Below are positions 23,760-37,480 of a stretch of DNA of 64,000 nt, piece by piece. Source of the stretch: Mobula hypostoma (lineage: Eukaryota); assembly GCF_963921235.1 (NCBI RefSeq), contig NC_086108.1:87112001-87176000 (forward strand). The letters are read 5' to 3'. Within the stretch, counting starts at the first letter, position 1, and every line of letters starts with the position of its first letter. The notes under the pieces are model-generated. The model did not search any database, was not told where the DNA came from, and saw only the letters and a program-made list of their open reading frames with translations. The translations under genes were made by a program, and so were the position numbers.

Positions 23760-26652
23760 ATCCCTCCATACACCTCCCATCCATGTATCTGTCCAATTTA
23801 TTCTTAAATGTTAAAAAACAACCTGCATTTACCACCTCGTCTGGCAGCTCATTCCATACTCCCACCACTCTCTGTGTGAAGACGCCCCCCCCTAATGTTC
23901 CCTTTAAACTTCTCCCCCCTCACCCTAAACCCATGTCCTCTGGTTTTTTTCTCCCCTTACCTCAGTGGAAAAGGCCTGCTTGCATTCACTCTATCTATAC
24001 CCATCATAATTTTATATACCTCTATCAAATCTCCCCTCATTCTTCTACACTCCAGGGAATAAAGTCCTAACTTATTCAACCTTTCTCTGTAACTGTGTTT
24101 CTCAAGTCCTGGCAACATCCTTGTAAACCTTCTCTGCACTCTTTCAACCTTATTAATATCCTTCCTGTAATTTGGTGACCAAAACTGAACACAATACTCC
24201 AGATTCGGCCTCACCAATGCCTTATACAACCTCATCATAACATTCCAGCTCTTATACTCAATACTTTGATTAATAGAGGCCAATGTACCAAAAGCTCTCT
24301 TTACGACCCTATCTACCTGTGACACCACTTTTAGGGAATTTTGTATCTGTATTCCCAGATCCCTCTGTTCCACTGCACTCCTCAGTGCCTTACCATTAAC
24401 CCTGTATGTTCTAGTTTGGTTTGTCCTTCCAACGTGCAATACCTCACACTTGTCAGTATTAAACTCCATCTGCCATTTTTTAGCCCATTTTTCCAGCTGG
24501 TCCAAATCCCTCTGCAGGCTCTGAAAACCTTCCTCACTGTCTACTACACCTCCAATCTTTGTATCATCAGCAAACTTGCTGATCCAATTTACCACATTAT
24601 CATCCAGATCATTGATATAGATGACAAATAACAATGGACCCAGCACTGATCCCTGTGGCACACCACTAGTCACAGGCCTCCACTCAGAGAAGCCATTCTC
24701 TACCACCACTCTCTGGCTTCTTCCAACGAGCCAATGTCTAATCCAATTTACCACCTCTCCATGTATACCTAGCGACTGAATTTTCCTAACTAACCTCCCA
24801 TGCGGGACCTTGTCAAAGGCCTTACTGAAGTCCATGTAGACAATATCCACTGCCTTCCCTTCATCCACTTTCCCGGTAACCTCCTCAGAAAAACTCCAAT
24901 AGATTGGTCAAACATGACCTACCACGCACAAAGCCATGTTGACTCTCCCTAATAAGTCCCAGTCTATCCAAATACTTGTAGATTCTGTCTCTTAGTACTC
25001 CCTCCAATAACTTACCTACTACCGACGTTAAACTTACTGGCCTATAATTTCCCGGATTACTTTTCGATCCTTTTTAAACAATGGAACAACGTGAGCCACT
25101 CTCCAATCCTCCGGCACCTCACCTGTAGACAGCGACATCTTAAATATTTCAGCCAGGCTCCTGCAATTTCAACACTAGTCTCCTTCAAGGTCCGAGGGAA
25201 CACCCTGTCAGGTCCCAGGGATTTATCCACTTTAATTTTCCTCAAGACAGCAAGGACCTGCTCCTTTTCGATCTGTACAGTTTCCATGATCTCACTACTT
25301 GTTTCCCGTAATTCCATAGACTTCATGCCAATTTTCTTGGTAAACACAGATGCAAAAAACCTATTTAAGATCTCCCCCATTTCCTTTGGTTCCGCACATA
25401 GCCGACCACTCTGATCTTCAAGAGGACCAATTTTATCCCTTACAATCCTTTTGCTCTTAATATACCTGTAAAAGCTCTTTGGATTATCCTTCACTTTGAC
25501 TGCCAAGGCAACCTCATGTCTTTTAGCCCTCCTGATTTCTTTCTTAAGTATTTTCTTGCACTTCTTATACTCCTCAAGCACCTTATTTACTCCCTGCTTC
25601 CTATACACGTCATACAACTCCCTCTTCTTTATCAGAGTTGCAATATCCCTTGAGAACCAAGGTTCCTTATTCCTATTCACCTCGCCTTTAATCCTGACAG
25701 GAACATACAAATTCTGCACTCTCCAAATTTCTGCTTTGAAGGCTTCCCACCTACCGATCACATCCATGCCAGAGAACAACCTGTCCCAATCCATGCTTTT
25801 TAGATCCTTTCTCATTTCTTCAAATTTGGCCTTCTTCCAGTTAAGAACCTCAACCCTAGGACCAGATCTATCCTTGTCCATGATCAAGTTGAAACTAATG
25901 GTGTTATGATCACTGGAACCAAAGTGCTCCCCTACACAGACTTCTGTCACTTGTCCTAACTCGTTTCCTAACAGGAGATCCAATATTGCATCACCTCTAG
26001 TTGGTCCCTCTATATATTGATTTAGAAAACTTTCCTGAACACATTTTACAAACTCTAAACCATCTAGACCCCTAACAGTATGGGAGACCCAATCAATATA
26101 TGGAAAATTAAAATCCCCTACCACCACAACTTTATGTTTCCTGCAGTTGCCTGCTATCTCTCTGCAGATTTGCACTTCCAATTCTCTTTGACTATTGGGT
26201 GGTCTGTAATACAATCCCACTAATGTGGCCATACCTTTCCTGTTTCTCAGCTCCACCCACAAGGATTCAGTAGACAAGCCCTCTAATCTGTCCTGCCTGA
26301 GCACTGCTGTAATATTTTCCCTAACAAGCAATCCTACTCCCCCACCTTTCATTCCTCTGCGTCGATCACATCTGAAACATCGGAACCCTGGAATATTAAG
26401 CTGCCAGTCCTGCCCCTCCTGTAGCCAAGTTTCACTAATTGCTACAACGTCATAATTCCACGTGTCAATCCACGCCCTCAACTTATCCGCCTTCCCCGCA
26501 ATACTCCTAGCATTGAAATATATACACCTCAGAAGATTTTTACCACCACTCACAACCTTTCTATTAGTGGATTTGTTTGAACTTTTAACATAATTTATTT
26601 TCACCCCAGCCACACTGTCAGCTCTGGCACTCTGGTTCCCATCCCCCTGCAA
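23760..26652 (-). pseudogene. CR1 ORF2 (APE endonuclease-reverse transcriptase), disrupted
   Basis: NARS, ISETWL, GDFN and SDH endonuclease motifs; DFSKAFD, GVPQGSVLGP and FADD RT motifs. Frameshifts near 25155 and 24890; premature TAA at 23957. Confidence 0.92.
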
Positions 26653-26654
26653 AT

Positions 26655-27079
26655 CTAGTTTAAACCCCCCCCCCCAACAGCATTAACAAACCTCCCTGAA
26701 ACGATATTGGTCCCCCTGTAGTTCAAGTGTAACCCGTCTCTCTTGTACAGGTCCCACCTGCCCCAGAAGAGGTCCCAATTATCCTGAAATCTGAAACCCT
26801 GCTCCCTGCACCAGTTTCTCAGCCACTTGTTCATCCCCCAGAGCATCCTATTCCTACCCTCACTGGCATGTAGCACAGGTAGCAATCCTGAGATTACCAC
26901 CCTCGAGGTCCTGCTTTTCAACTTCCTACCAAGCTCTCTATACTCACTCTCCAGGACCTCCTCACTCTTCCTTGCTATGTCATTGGTACCGATGTGCACC
27001 ATGACATCTGGCTGATCACCCTCCCACTTCAGAATGTCATGCAATCGATCAGAGACATCCTTGACCCTGGCACCCGGGA
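26655..27079 (-). pseudogene. CR1 ORF1 C-terminal SGNH/GDSL esterase-like domain, partial
   Basis: PGARVKDV...VHIGTNDI...VVISGLLP...DGLHLN (GxND and DxxH blocks). Confidence 0.85.
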
Positions 27080-28804
27080 TTAATGCAGGTTAGAGGCTTC
27101 ATTGAAAGGTCTACTGTTGCCTAAGATATGTTAGCTACGGCTGACATGAATTTAAGGAGTTAGTTAAGAAGGATTGCTTGGTCTCCTGACTCAGGTAATT
27201 ATAGAGCTCCCCTGGATTCAGCGATGAATTAAGAAATTGTCTCTGCCTGGCTCCAGTCTCAGGTGAGTGCTGGAGGGTTTTTTTATGACCCTGCTGGCCA
27301 GCCATGAATATGATCCGACCCAATGTTTTGTGTGGATGACCTTTGGTCATAAATCACCTATGGACTCCTCCCAATAAACTTCAACAAGGTCTGCCTTGAT
27401 TTTTTTCCTCTCACTCCTGTCAAGTCTGATTTCTTTATGAAACCAACAAACTATCTGTAACATGAACTATTGTAAATACACTGCATTATTTCTTACTTAA
27501 AGGCTCCAGACGCAATGATTGTCATCTATATCAAATCAACTTGACTGACACAGAGTGACTGTTATGATATCATATATCAGTATTCCAAACCAATTAACAA
27601 AGATCAGGGTGCCCTTCCTTCCTGGTAGCTGCCCTCCTTTCAGCAGCTGTCAGGCTGCTCTCGGAGGAAGATGGGCTCGCCCCAGGCAATGTTTGATTGC
27701 TACTGCTACTGTGCCTCCGTCAATTCAACCACCCTTTTCCTGTCAATGAAACGGATTTGACAGCCCTCCAAATAGCGTTGATTACTTAGAATATCTGATC
27801 GACCTCTTTGTCATTTATGTCCAGACTCTCCAAGAAAGTATTGACTTGTTAAAACAAAAGACCCAATTGTTTCAACAAAAACTGATCTGCCTGAAGCAGA
27901 CTTTCAAATCTGACTTTCCAAAATATGTCTCCTTTGTCAATTTAATTGGGCTTAAATTTTTTGCTTACTCCAAGCAGGAACATGGCAAACCAGACTCATT
28001 AGCAAAGGTCATTTGATTTGTTTCCAATTTTTTAAAGTTTTAACAAGAATCACTATAACTGTCTTGCATTGAATTACCTAATCATTGGTTCTGGAAAAAA
28101 AAACTTATCTGAATAATGCATGTCAGAACAAGTTTCCCTCTCTCTACATAAAAGCTTCATTGTGGTTATGAAATGTTATGGGATGTTCTGTAAAAATGCC
28201 ACATCATTACATCCTTGCCATTTTTTCAGAGTAGCATCAACATATTGGAGAGAACTGCAAGATGATTTCAGGACAGTTTGTCAGAATTATACATCTTACA
28301 TTAGAGAAAAGAACTCTGAAAGCAAGATCTTTAAAATACTGAAAGGGGTGAATGATGTAAATATAAACCATCAGTTTAATGCAAACTGTGGAACTAAGAG
28401 ACAAAATAGGTAATCTTCAAGGGTAAGAATTAGGGATCTCCCACAATGGGTTCTGGAATTAAGTTCATTCAGAAGCACTTAAATGCTTTGTATTCCATTA
28501 CCCCTGAGACAACTAGACAACTATTTAATTAATATCAATGTAAAAAGTATTGAAACCAGGTAGAATGGGTAGAAGCATAAATCAGACCAAACGTAGAGCA
28601 CTGTGACTCCATCCAATCCTCAGATGTCATCGGTGAAATGCAATAGATTAAAATTAATCCTGTGAAATTGATTTTCTGAAACATTTTACTCCGATGGTTT
28701 AAGGACAAGTAGTTGGATTTCTACAATGAAGCTCTGTCAAAGTAGCTGCAGGAATGTTGCTTCTGGCACTCAGTCTATGCCCTTCCCTTGTTTGTTTTTA
28801 TGAA

Positions 28805-29815
28805 ATCACCATTCCAACTATTCAGGACATTTACAAAGGCAGGTGTGTAAAAAGGGCCCAAAGGATCATTAGGGACCCAAGTGACCCCAACCACAAACTG
28901 TTCCAGCTGATACCATCCAGGAAACAGGGTACCATAGCATAAAAGCCAGTACCAGACTCCAGGACAGCTTCTTCCACCAGGCCATCAGACTGCTTAACTC
29001 ATACTGACACAACTGTATTTCTATGTTATATTGACTATCTTGTACATACTATTTATTATAAATTACTATAAATTGCATATTGCACATTTAGACGGAGACG
29101 TAACGTAGAGACTTTTACTCCTCGTGTAGGGCTCTCAGTAATACTAGATGGACTGTTAACTGTTAATCGCCTATTACCAAAATGGCTTCTCTGAGGTGTT
29201 ATATTAAAATGGTTTCTCGTACTGTTAACTGCTGAGCAAGGGGTTCTCTGTAACAGCAATGTTTGGGTTATACAATGTGATAATAGAAACTGTATTCATT
29301 TGTTAGCCAATGAAAGTCATGTTCTGTTATCTTGTATATGTGTGCTGAGTTGAGGACAGCGGGCTTTTTCGGGAGGCAAGCAGAGAGGACAGACATGTGA
29401 GGAACGGGCAGCGGTTCCAGGGTGGCAGATACCAGACCTTGGGGGTTCGGAGGGTGGCCGGAGTCTCGGAAGGACGTTGTGGATGGAATCGGAGGCGTGA
29501 GCTCCAATGTGTTAAAATATTATGTGCACAAGACTGGTAAGTTACTTATGTGGCGCCTTTTCTTTTAGTTGTTGCTACTAACCCATCACCAAAAATTTGC
29601 TATAAAGTATAATTCTTTACTCGCACTTTGTACATTGTTTCATATTTGTGTCATGGCTGGTCATTGGGTGACTCACAGCTTATCCACACCAAAGCATTTG
29701 CACTGTTTGGCGGGGTCGACGGCTATTCACCCTAGGCAACAGGAGTCAGTGGGGCAAAGGCCGTTACACTCGTGTATATGAAGGATGTAAGTAATAAAAT
29801 CAATTCAATTCATTT
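28805..29815 (+). mobile_element. Rex1-type LINE 3' end interrupted by a solo LTR
   Basis: PTIQDIYKGRCVKRAQRIIRDPSDPNHKLFQL; the tail resumes after 29772 with AATAAAATCAATTCAATTC. Confidence 0.75.
29125..29768 (+). mobile_element. Gypsy-type solo LTR (644 bp)
   Basis: TG...CA ends (TGTAGG...CGTTACA), TSD CTCG at 29121-29124 and 29769-29772, and shared blocks with the LTR at 41073-42075. Confidence 0.85.
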
Positions 29816-31584
29816 AGATTTCTAGACTATATTCTGATTAATATTGCATCAAAGAGAACAAAAGTAGGTCAACACCCAGGCTTGAGGATCCTAAATAGGA
29901 GGGTAAGTCTATCTGAGGAACTATGCCATTGCTCAAGATGATGTACACTGGCGCGTGAAATGCATAGGTGCAAGTAATGATCCATTTTGGCATACAAAAT
30001 GACAACAACCAACCCTTCCATTAGCACTTGATAAGTTAAAAAGAGAATACAATCTTAAGGCTACCTCTTAGTGTCTAAAAAGGGTTGAGGTTCTATTCTG
30101 TAGATAAATTCACAACCATTTAATCCTACAGATTGGATCCACTCCAATTTGCGTACGTCTCAAAAGGTCAACAATAATTGCCATTTCTTCGGCTCTTCGC
30201 TCAGCTCTGGAGCATCTGGACGATGAAGATGGATCATCAGGAAAATCTGATGTTTTCTTAATGATCCATCATCATTGTAGCAGTCACTTTAAACACAAAC
30301 CAAAACTGCTCAGAGACAAAGCACAGGGATCGACACTGTATGATGTCATCCTATAATGAAGCTCCAAAGTCAAAGAAAGTATGTTCGATCCTTTATAGAG
30401 ACACCAGAAAAGATGAATGATCTTGTAACAGTAAAACTAATGAAACTAAACTAGTGATATAATAAAATAAACAGTCTAAGTGTATTCAAATGTAGCAGAT
30501 TTAAATGTACTAAGCCAAGCATTCATAAGCATATTTAAACAATAAACAGTCAACAACAAAAAAATCGTTCCCCTGATTTACGAACCTCCTACTCCAACCA
30601 CAGCAAAACTGAAATAATGACAAAGCATGAATATGTAACTATACTCTTCACTTCTACCATGTCCCAACCCACATTACAAATTATCCATAATAAATGCAAA
30701 ACAGAAAATATAATACAGGCAAACAGAACATAGACACATGGCTTCTATAATCAGGATCTTTTCAAGGACACTACAACTCATATTCTCAGTATTATTTATA
30801 TATTTCTTTATTATTTTTGCACAGTTTGTCTTCTTGTGCACATTGGTTATTTGTTAGCCTTTATTGTAGTTTTTCATTTATTCTATTGTATTTCTTTGCT
30901 CTGCTGTGAATGCCTGCAAGAAAATGAATCTCAAGGTAGTATATGGGGATATATGTACTTTGAACTTTGAGGTTCATCACGTTATCAGATCCCATTCATC
31001 CCACCACTGTGCACCCATTCCCATGTACAACCTGCGTTCCAAGAGACTATGTTTGTTCAGGATGACTCCACCATCTCTTGGAGTCCTTGACCAGAATACT
31101 GGCACTTATGATTAGTTATCTGTTTTACTCTTTAAAAAAAAACTCTCTGACTTCTCCCAGTGTTTAATTGATCAGGGCAGTGTGTGCTCTGGGAATAATT
31201 AGTTACTGATTAGAGACAGATTATCTTAATTAACTGTTGACTGTGAGTACACAACTGCATTAGGAAATGACACGTGTAATGCAAGTACATCAACCAACAT
31301 CAAAGTTAATCATATGAACATTTTGAATTGTGTAATTAAGTAATGTTTAATTAGAGTTGGTAAATAAAGTATTTGATCTGGAAATAAATGGACTATTCCA
31401 ATTCCTTTGTTCATGTAAATGTGCATTATGACGATCCTCCATGAAGTTACTATTTGCTTAAGGAGACAATAGTTCAAAATTGCACCAGTATAGAGTCCTC
31501 CTTTGTTCGCCTCCATATCACAGCAAATTACTGTTCCTACTTGTTATATCATATTGCACTGTTCAAGTGAAACTAGGAACATTA

Positions 31585-31991
31585 TTAGCTCTGGGCCTGT
31601 ATTTGCTGGAGTATCTCATTGAAACCCATTGAATATTGAAAGGCTTAGATAGAGTGGACGTGGAGAGAATGTTTCCTATAGCGGGTTAGTCTAGGAACAG
31701 GCGACGCAGCCTTTGAAGAGAAGGATGTCCCTCTAGAACAGAGATGAAGAGGAATTTCTTTACCCAGAGGATAGTGAATCTGTGCAATTCATTACCACAG
31801 ATGGCTGTGAAGGTCAGGTCATTGAGTATACTTGAAGTGGAGGTTGCTAGGTTCTTGATTAGTCAGGGCTTCAAACGTTATAGGAAGGCAAGAGAATGTG
31901 ATGGGAGGGATAATAAATTAGCCATGACTGAATGGTGGAACAGACTCAATAGGCTGATTGGCCTAATTCTGCTCCTATGTCTTATGGTCTA
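31585..31991 (+). mobile_element. CR1 3' fragment
   Basis: KRNFFTQRIVNLCNSLPQ and CR1 3' UTR ending CTATGTCTTATGGTCT. Confidence 0.75.
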
Positions 31992-32507
31992 AATCAGGTA
32001 CCATTGTCTTCTTGATCAAATGAGTAACCATTCAAGAAGTGCTTGAATTCTCCAGTAATTTAATATTCATTTAACCTAGGTGAAGCATCATAAAAGCTTT
32101 AAAAATGAAATATATGCTTCCTTTAGCACTTGCTAATAGCTATAAGATATACGAATTGAGAAAAGGTTGATTGGCTGAAAGAATGGTTTGAAGTTCAAGG
32201 TCATACGAGAAATCTTCCAGAAGACATCAAAGCAGTACGGTCAACATTTTCTTTGCCTCTGGGGTATTGAGGCTTTGACAGCAGATAGTACAGATTACAT
32301 TACATTGCTAAGTGCATTCAGCTTCCTTTGAGGTTAGAGTAAAAAGATGATGAAAGATAAATTTCAGGGAGAATCATTGAATCTTTATCGAACAGGAGGT
32401 TATTCAGCCCATTGAGGCCATGCTAGCTTTTTAAAAGATCAAATTCTGCTCCATTGCCTGATATTCTACTCAGACATGACTGCACGGTGTAACACCTGCA
32501 AACACCT

Positions 32508-32810
32508 ACGGGAGAGTCTAAGACCAGAGGACACAGCCACAGAATCGAGAGATGCTTATTGAGAATGGAGATGAGGAATTTCTTTAGCTAAAGAGTAGTG
32601 AATTTGTGGAATTCATTGCCGTAGGTGGCTGTGGAGGCCAAGTCATTGAGTTTATTTAAGGCAGAGGTGGATAGATTCTTGATTGGTCAGGGCAGGAAAA
32701 GATACAAGGAAAAGGCAGGAGCCAAGAGGAAAATGAATCAGCCATGATGAAATGGCAGAGCAGATTCAATGGCTTACTTCTGGTTCTATATCTTATGGTC
32801 GTATGGTAAT
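32508..32810 (+). mobile_element. CR1 3' fragment
   Basis: GGAGAGTCTAAGACCAGAGGACACAG...TCTTATGGTCGTATGG, the same family as 31585-31991. Confidence 0.65.
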
Positions 32811-32819
32811 CACATTGTA

Positions 32820-33755
32820 ATCACAAGTTCACCAATGACATAACAGTGATAGGGCTCATCACCAACAATGATGAGACAGCCTACGGAGAGGAGGTGGAGA
32901 AGCTCGAGGCCTTGTGTCAAGCAAAATACCTCTTCCTCAATGTCAACAAGACAAAGGGGATGGTTATTAGCTTCTGGGGAACTTGCACCACTCAGACCCC
33001 TCTTTACATCAGTGGCACAGTAGCAGAAACTTCAAGCAGTTTCAGACTCCTGGGAGTGCACATCTCACACAAACCCTCATGGTGCAAGAACACATCTTAC
33101 ACAATCAGGAAAGCTCACCAACCCTTTTACTTTCTGAGGAACTGAAGAGAGCTGGATGTGCACATCCATACTCATGTCATTCTGCAGATACACAATAGAA
33201 AGCATCCTGAACAGCTGCATCACTGCATGGAATGGAAACTGCACTGCGACAGACAGGAACACTGTACAACGGGTCATCAAAACTGCCCAGTGCATCACCA
33301 GCACCAGCCTACCTGCCATTGAGGACATATATACAGAATGGTAATGGAAAAGGGCCAGTAACATCAGGAAGGATCCCATCCACCCTGCTCATTGACTGTT
33401 TGTCCTATTCCCATCAGGGACAAAGCTACATAACATCCACACCAGGACCACCAGACTCAAGAATGGTTACTTTCCCCAAGTAGTAAGGCTGATCAACATC
33501 TCCACACACCCCCAAACATCATTGCTTTATCATTTCTTGTCAGAATCACTTATGTACAGACACACCTGTTCCTAGCATCACTTTATGTGCATACAGTCAA
33601 TCTATGTATATGTTATCTTATGTATTTATATTTATTGTGTTTTTTATTATTGCATTCACTATCTTACTGTGCTTTTTTGTGCTGCATCAGATCCAATGTA
33701 ACAATTATTTTGATCTCCTTTACACTTGTGAACTGGAAATGACATTAAACAATTG
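32820..33755 (+). mobile_element. Rex1/Babar LINE 3' portion
   Basis: IGLITNNDETAYGEEV...LNVNKTK and YTIESILNSCITAWNGNCT. Confidence 0.8.
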
Positions 33756-34094
33756 TAAACAATCTTCACATTAAATCCAGTTAGCTCTGTAGGCGCCATG
33801 CATCTGTTCCTATCAACATTGTATTCTGTATTGTGTGTTTATTATGATAGTCACATGAGTGAGAGCATGGTAAAAGTGAAAGGAGTAAGTTCCATATTCA
33901 TGCTTTGTTTGTGGCAGTTTGCAGCTCGGGGGGGCAACGGACGTCATATCTTTTGTTAACCTCTCAGTTACACTTAACTTACACTTGGGTACGCTTCAAT
34001 TCCATCACTTAAAAATTGCACGTTTGCTAATTGCTAATAAAGGATTGAATACATATCTTTGACTTTTGGAACAGCTCTTATTGGAGCTGGGGGA

Positions 34095-35335
34095 ACATCA
34101 GCAGGACTGGAGAAAAAAATGGGGAGTCAGGATTAGAAGGTGGGAGAGGGAAGGAAGAAAAACAAGGTGATAGGTGAAAGCAGGAAAGCTGAAGTAAAAA
34201 GCTGGGAAGTCGATTGGTGAAAGAGATAAAGGGCTGGAAAAAGAGGAATCTGATAGGAGAGGATAAAAGGCCATGGTAGAAAGGGAAGAGGGAGGAGCAC
34301 CAGAGGAAGATGGGCAGATAAATTCTGGAATTAAAAGCCTCATCCTGAGAACAGATGTGGTGGAGACAGGGGAATTGAGAGAAAGGGATGGTCTTTTTAC
34401 AAGTAACAGGGTGGGAAGAGGTATAGTCCAAGTAAGTATGGGAGTCCATGGGTTTGTAAAAGGCAACAGTAGATAAGCTGTCTCCAGAGACAGAGACGGA
34501 GATGAAAAGAAGGGAGGGAAGTGTTGGAAATGGACCAGGTAAACTTGAGGGCAGGATGAACGTTGGAGGCAAAGTTGATGGTCAAAGAGGTCCGCATGGG
34601 TGCAGGAAGCAGCACCAAATCAGTCATCAATGTAGCGTAGGAAAAGTTGGGGAGCGATACCAGTGTAGGCTTGGAACATAGACTCTTCCACGTAACCGAC
34701 ATAAAGGCAGGCATAGCTGGGACCTATACGAGTGCCCATGGCTACACCTTTTGTTTGAAGGAAGCGGAAGGAGCTGAAGGAGAAATTATTGAGAGTGAGA
34801 TCCAGTTCTGCCAGATGGAGAAGAGTGGTGATGGAGGGGAACTGGTTGGTCTGATGTCCAAAAAGAAACCGAGAGCTCTGAGGCCCTCCTGGTGGGGGAT
34901 GAAGGTGTATAGGGACTGGACATCCATACTGAAAATAAGATTACCGGGGCCAGGGAACTTGAAATTATTGAAAAGATCAAGAGCGTGTGAAGTGTCACAG
35001 ATGTAGGTAGGAAGGGACTGAACTGGGGGGAGGGGAATAAAACTGAGTTGAGGTATGCAGCTATAAGTTCAGTGGGGCAGGAACAGGCAGAAACGACGGG
35101 CAGGTTTGTGGATATTGGGTAGGAAGTAGAAACGGGAGGTGTGGGGTGAGGGAACTATGAGGCTGGTAGCAGTAGGTGGGAGATCCTCAGAGTTAATAAG
35201 GTCGGTGATGGTGTAGAAGACAAGGGCCTGGTGCTCCTAAGTGGGGTCCTGTTCAATGGGTAAGTAAGAGGATGCTGTGTTGCCTGGCCTCAACAAGGTA
35301 GCGGTCATTCTGCCAGACTACTACAGCATCCCACC
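34095..35335 (-). mobile_element. Penelope-like element RT remnant with internal deletion and pseudo-LTR
   Basis: Minus strand has DVQSLYTFIPHQEGLRAL, a QKVAMG/PSYACL-like block, RYIDD and YKPMDSHTYLDYTSSHP. Confidence 0.8.
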
Positions 35336-36984
35336 CTTACAGTAAATCCAATCTTGTTCAATCTACTCACTCTCAATCATCAGCTAAAGGATGGAAGGTG
35401 TCTTCAACAGTACTATCGTACAGCTTTTGTTCACTAATGCCAAGTTTGGATTTTACTTGGACCAATCACCTCCACATCTCCTCACGCACCTGGAATAATC
35501 ATAGATCCAAAAACCCGTGGTGAGAATGCCTCCCCTTGATATCAAGGCAGCCTTTTATCATGTATAAAGTAAGGATACCTGGTAAAACTAAGGTCAGTGG
35601 ATCTCAAGTGGGAAACAATGCAGTAGATGGAGTCATACCTCACTCCAGAGAAAATGATCGTGGTTGTTGGAGATCATCCATCCTCACGAGACGTCACTGT
35701 GGAAGATCTGCAGCTGCTTCATCAATAATCTTTCTTCCATCATGGACACAGAAGAGAGGATAATCCCTGGTGACTACATTTTGTTTAGAGAAAGAAACAG
35801 ATGGTGCTTCATGCTGCAAGAGCTAGAGAAGATTCAGACATAGCTAGTGAGGTACAAATGATTTCGGAAGCGCACAAATTCCTAGCAATGACCATCTTCA
35901 ACAAGAGGAAGTCTAGCCATCTTTCCTTGCCACTTAAGGTGTGGATTTCCTCCAGGTGCTCTGTTTCCTCTCACATTCCAGTGATGTACAGGTTAGGGTA
36001 AGTGAGTTGTGGCCACGGTCTGTTTGCAAATAAAGCTAATCTCTAATATCCTGTGAGTTACCCTAAACTACAATCTCAAAATGACCAGCTTCACAAATAC
36101 CATGGCCACAAGAGCAGATCAGAAGCAGTATATCTTGACACCATGATCTACAGGTCAGGACAATAAAGCAAGTGAAGCACACATTCTCAGTAAACCCCAC
36201 ACCATCCAGGTCAAAGCAATCCACATGAATGGCACCTCATCAACCACCTGAAATACCTTTTCTCTTCATTAACAGCACACAGTAGCTTCCAAGTTTTCTT
36301 GATCCAGGAACTCCCTCTCGGGAGTAACTTCACAAGGACCTTCTAAAAAGACAACTTGGAGTGGCAAAACATGCCAATGAACCCCATAAGTGAAAAATGA
36401 CGACGTAAAATAAATCAATTTACAGAAGAGACTTGGAAAAAGCAGAGCAGGCAATTCATTTTATACTCTACAGAACTGATTATAGTGTATAAAAAGGCAA
36501 TTTCCACCTCTAAACAATTAATAGAGAGGTAGATTGTCTAAGATTAACTTACCTGACCTTCACTACATAGCCAGTATTCATTACTTACCCTAATTGTCTC
36601 TGCAAGGGTTTTGCTGGCCTGTTTCTGAGTTCAGTTAAGAATCAAACATAGGTCTGGAGCCAGATGAAACAGGGACAGATTTTATTTAATTAACTGAACT
36701 TAAGTCCCAAACTGCTGTGGAGGGATTTGAACTCATTCCTAGACCATTAGTGCAGCCTTCTACTTTGCTTATGCATTAAGTTAACCATTACCCACAGTAT
36801 TCGAGCAGCAGCAGAATCGTTACATTATTTATTTCCAGGCTCATATTTTACTATTGCACTCTTCACAGGGATTTATATCAACAATATAAAACAGGAAAGC
36901 ATCTTAGAATTGAATTGACTATATCATCTACTGTACCTACTGAAGAAGCCTTTAACTCTTTAACTTAGTCATTGACTCCCTATC

Positions 36985-37480
36985 CTACTGACTCCCACAG
37001 CTATTTTGACTATACCTCTTCCCACCCTGTCTCCTTTTCCTTCTCTCAGTTCCCTTATCTCCACTGCATCTATTCCCAGGACATCAGAAATGTCCTCCTT
37101 CTTCAAAGAATAGAATTTCTCTTTCTCTATCATTGATTCTGCCCTCATCTGCATCTCCTCCATTTCCTAGATATCTGCCCTCACCCCGTCTTCCCACCAC
37201 CTTAATAAGGTTACCCCTGCCCTGACCTACCTCCCCTGACCTACATCCAGCACATAATCCTCTGCAACCTTTGCCATCTTCAATGGAACCTTACCACCAA
37301 GCACTCTTCACTATCTGCAAGCAATGATTCCTTCATCCATTCGTCCCTTCTGGGACAAATCCCTGCATGCAGAAAAAGTGTTAAACTTGCCCATTCACTC
37401 TTCTCACACCTCCATTCAGGGCCTCCAACAGTCCGTCCAGGCGACCAAACACTTTACCTATGAATCTGTTGGGGCTGTCT
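36985..37480 (+). mobile_element. Decayed Penelope-like fragment
   Basis: ACTGACTCCCACAGCTATTTTGACTATACCTCTTCCCACCC matches the 54500-55090 region of the longer copy. Confidence 0.6.

Larger units (their letters stand above)
23654..27079 (-). mobile_element. Near-full-length CR1 LINE, 5'-truncated within ORF1
   Basis: ORF1 esterase part, then APE endonuclease and RT ORF2, 3' UTR and a CATAGAAAC-type tail near 23654. Confidence 0.95.

Noticed and set aside
28120..28413. 97-aa ORF in AT-rich DNA
   Set aside because: No recognisable domain; its end resembles a decayed CR1 C-terminus (FKILKG).
33975..34015. Possible minus-strand micro-exon (AG...GTAAGT)
   Set aside because: It is 25 nt with a weak acceptor and no recognisable protein or partner exons.
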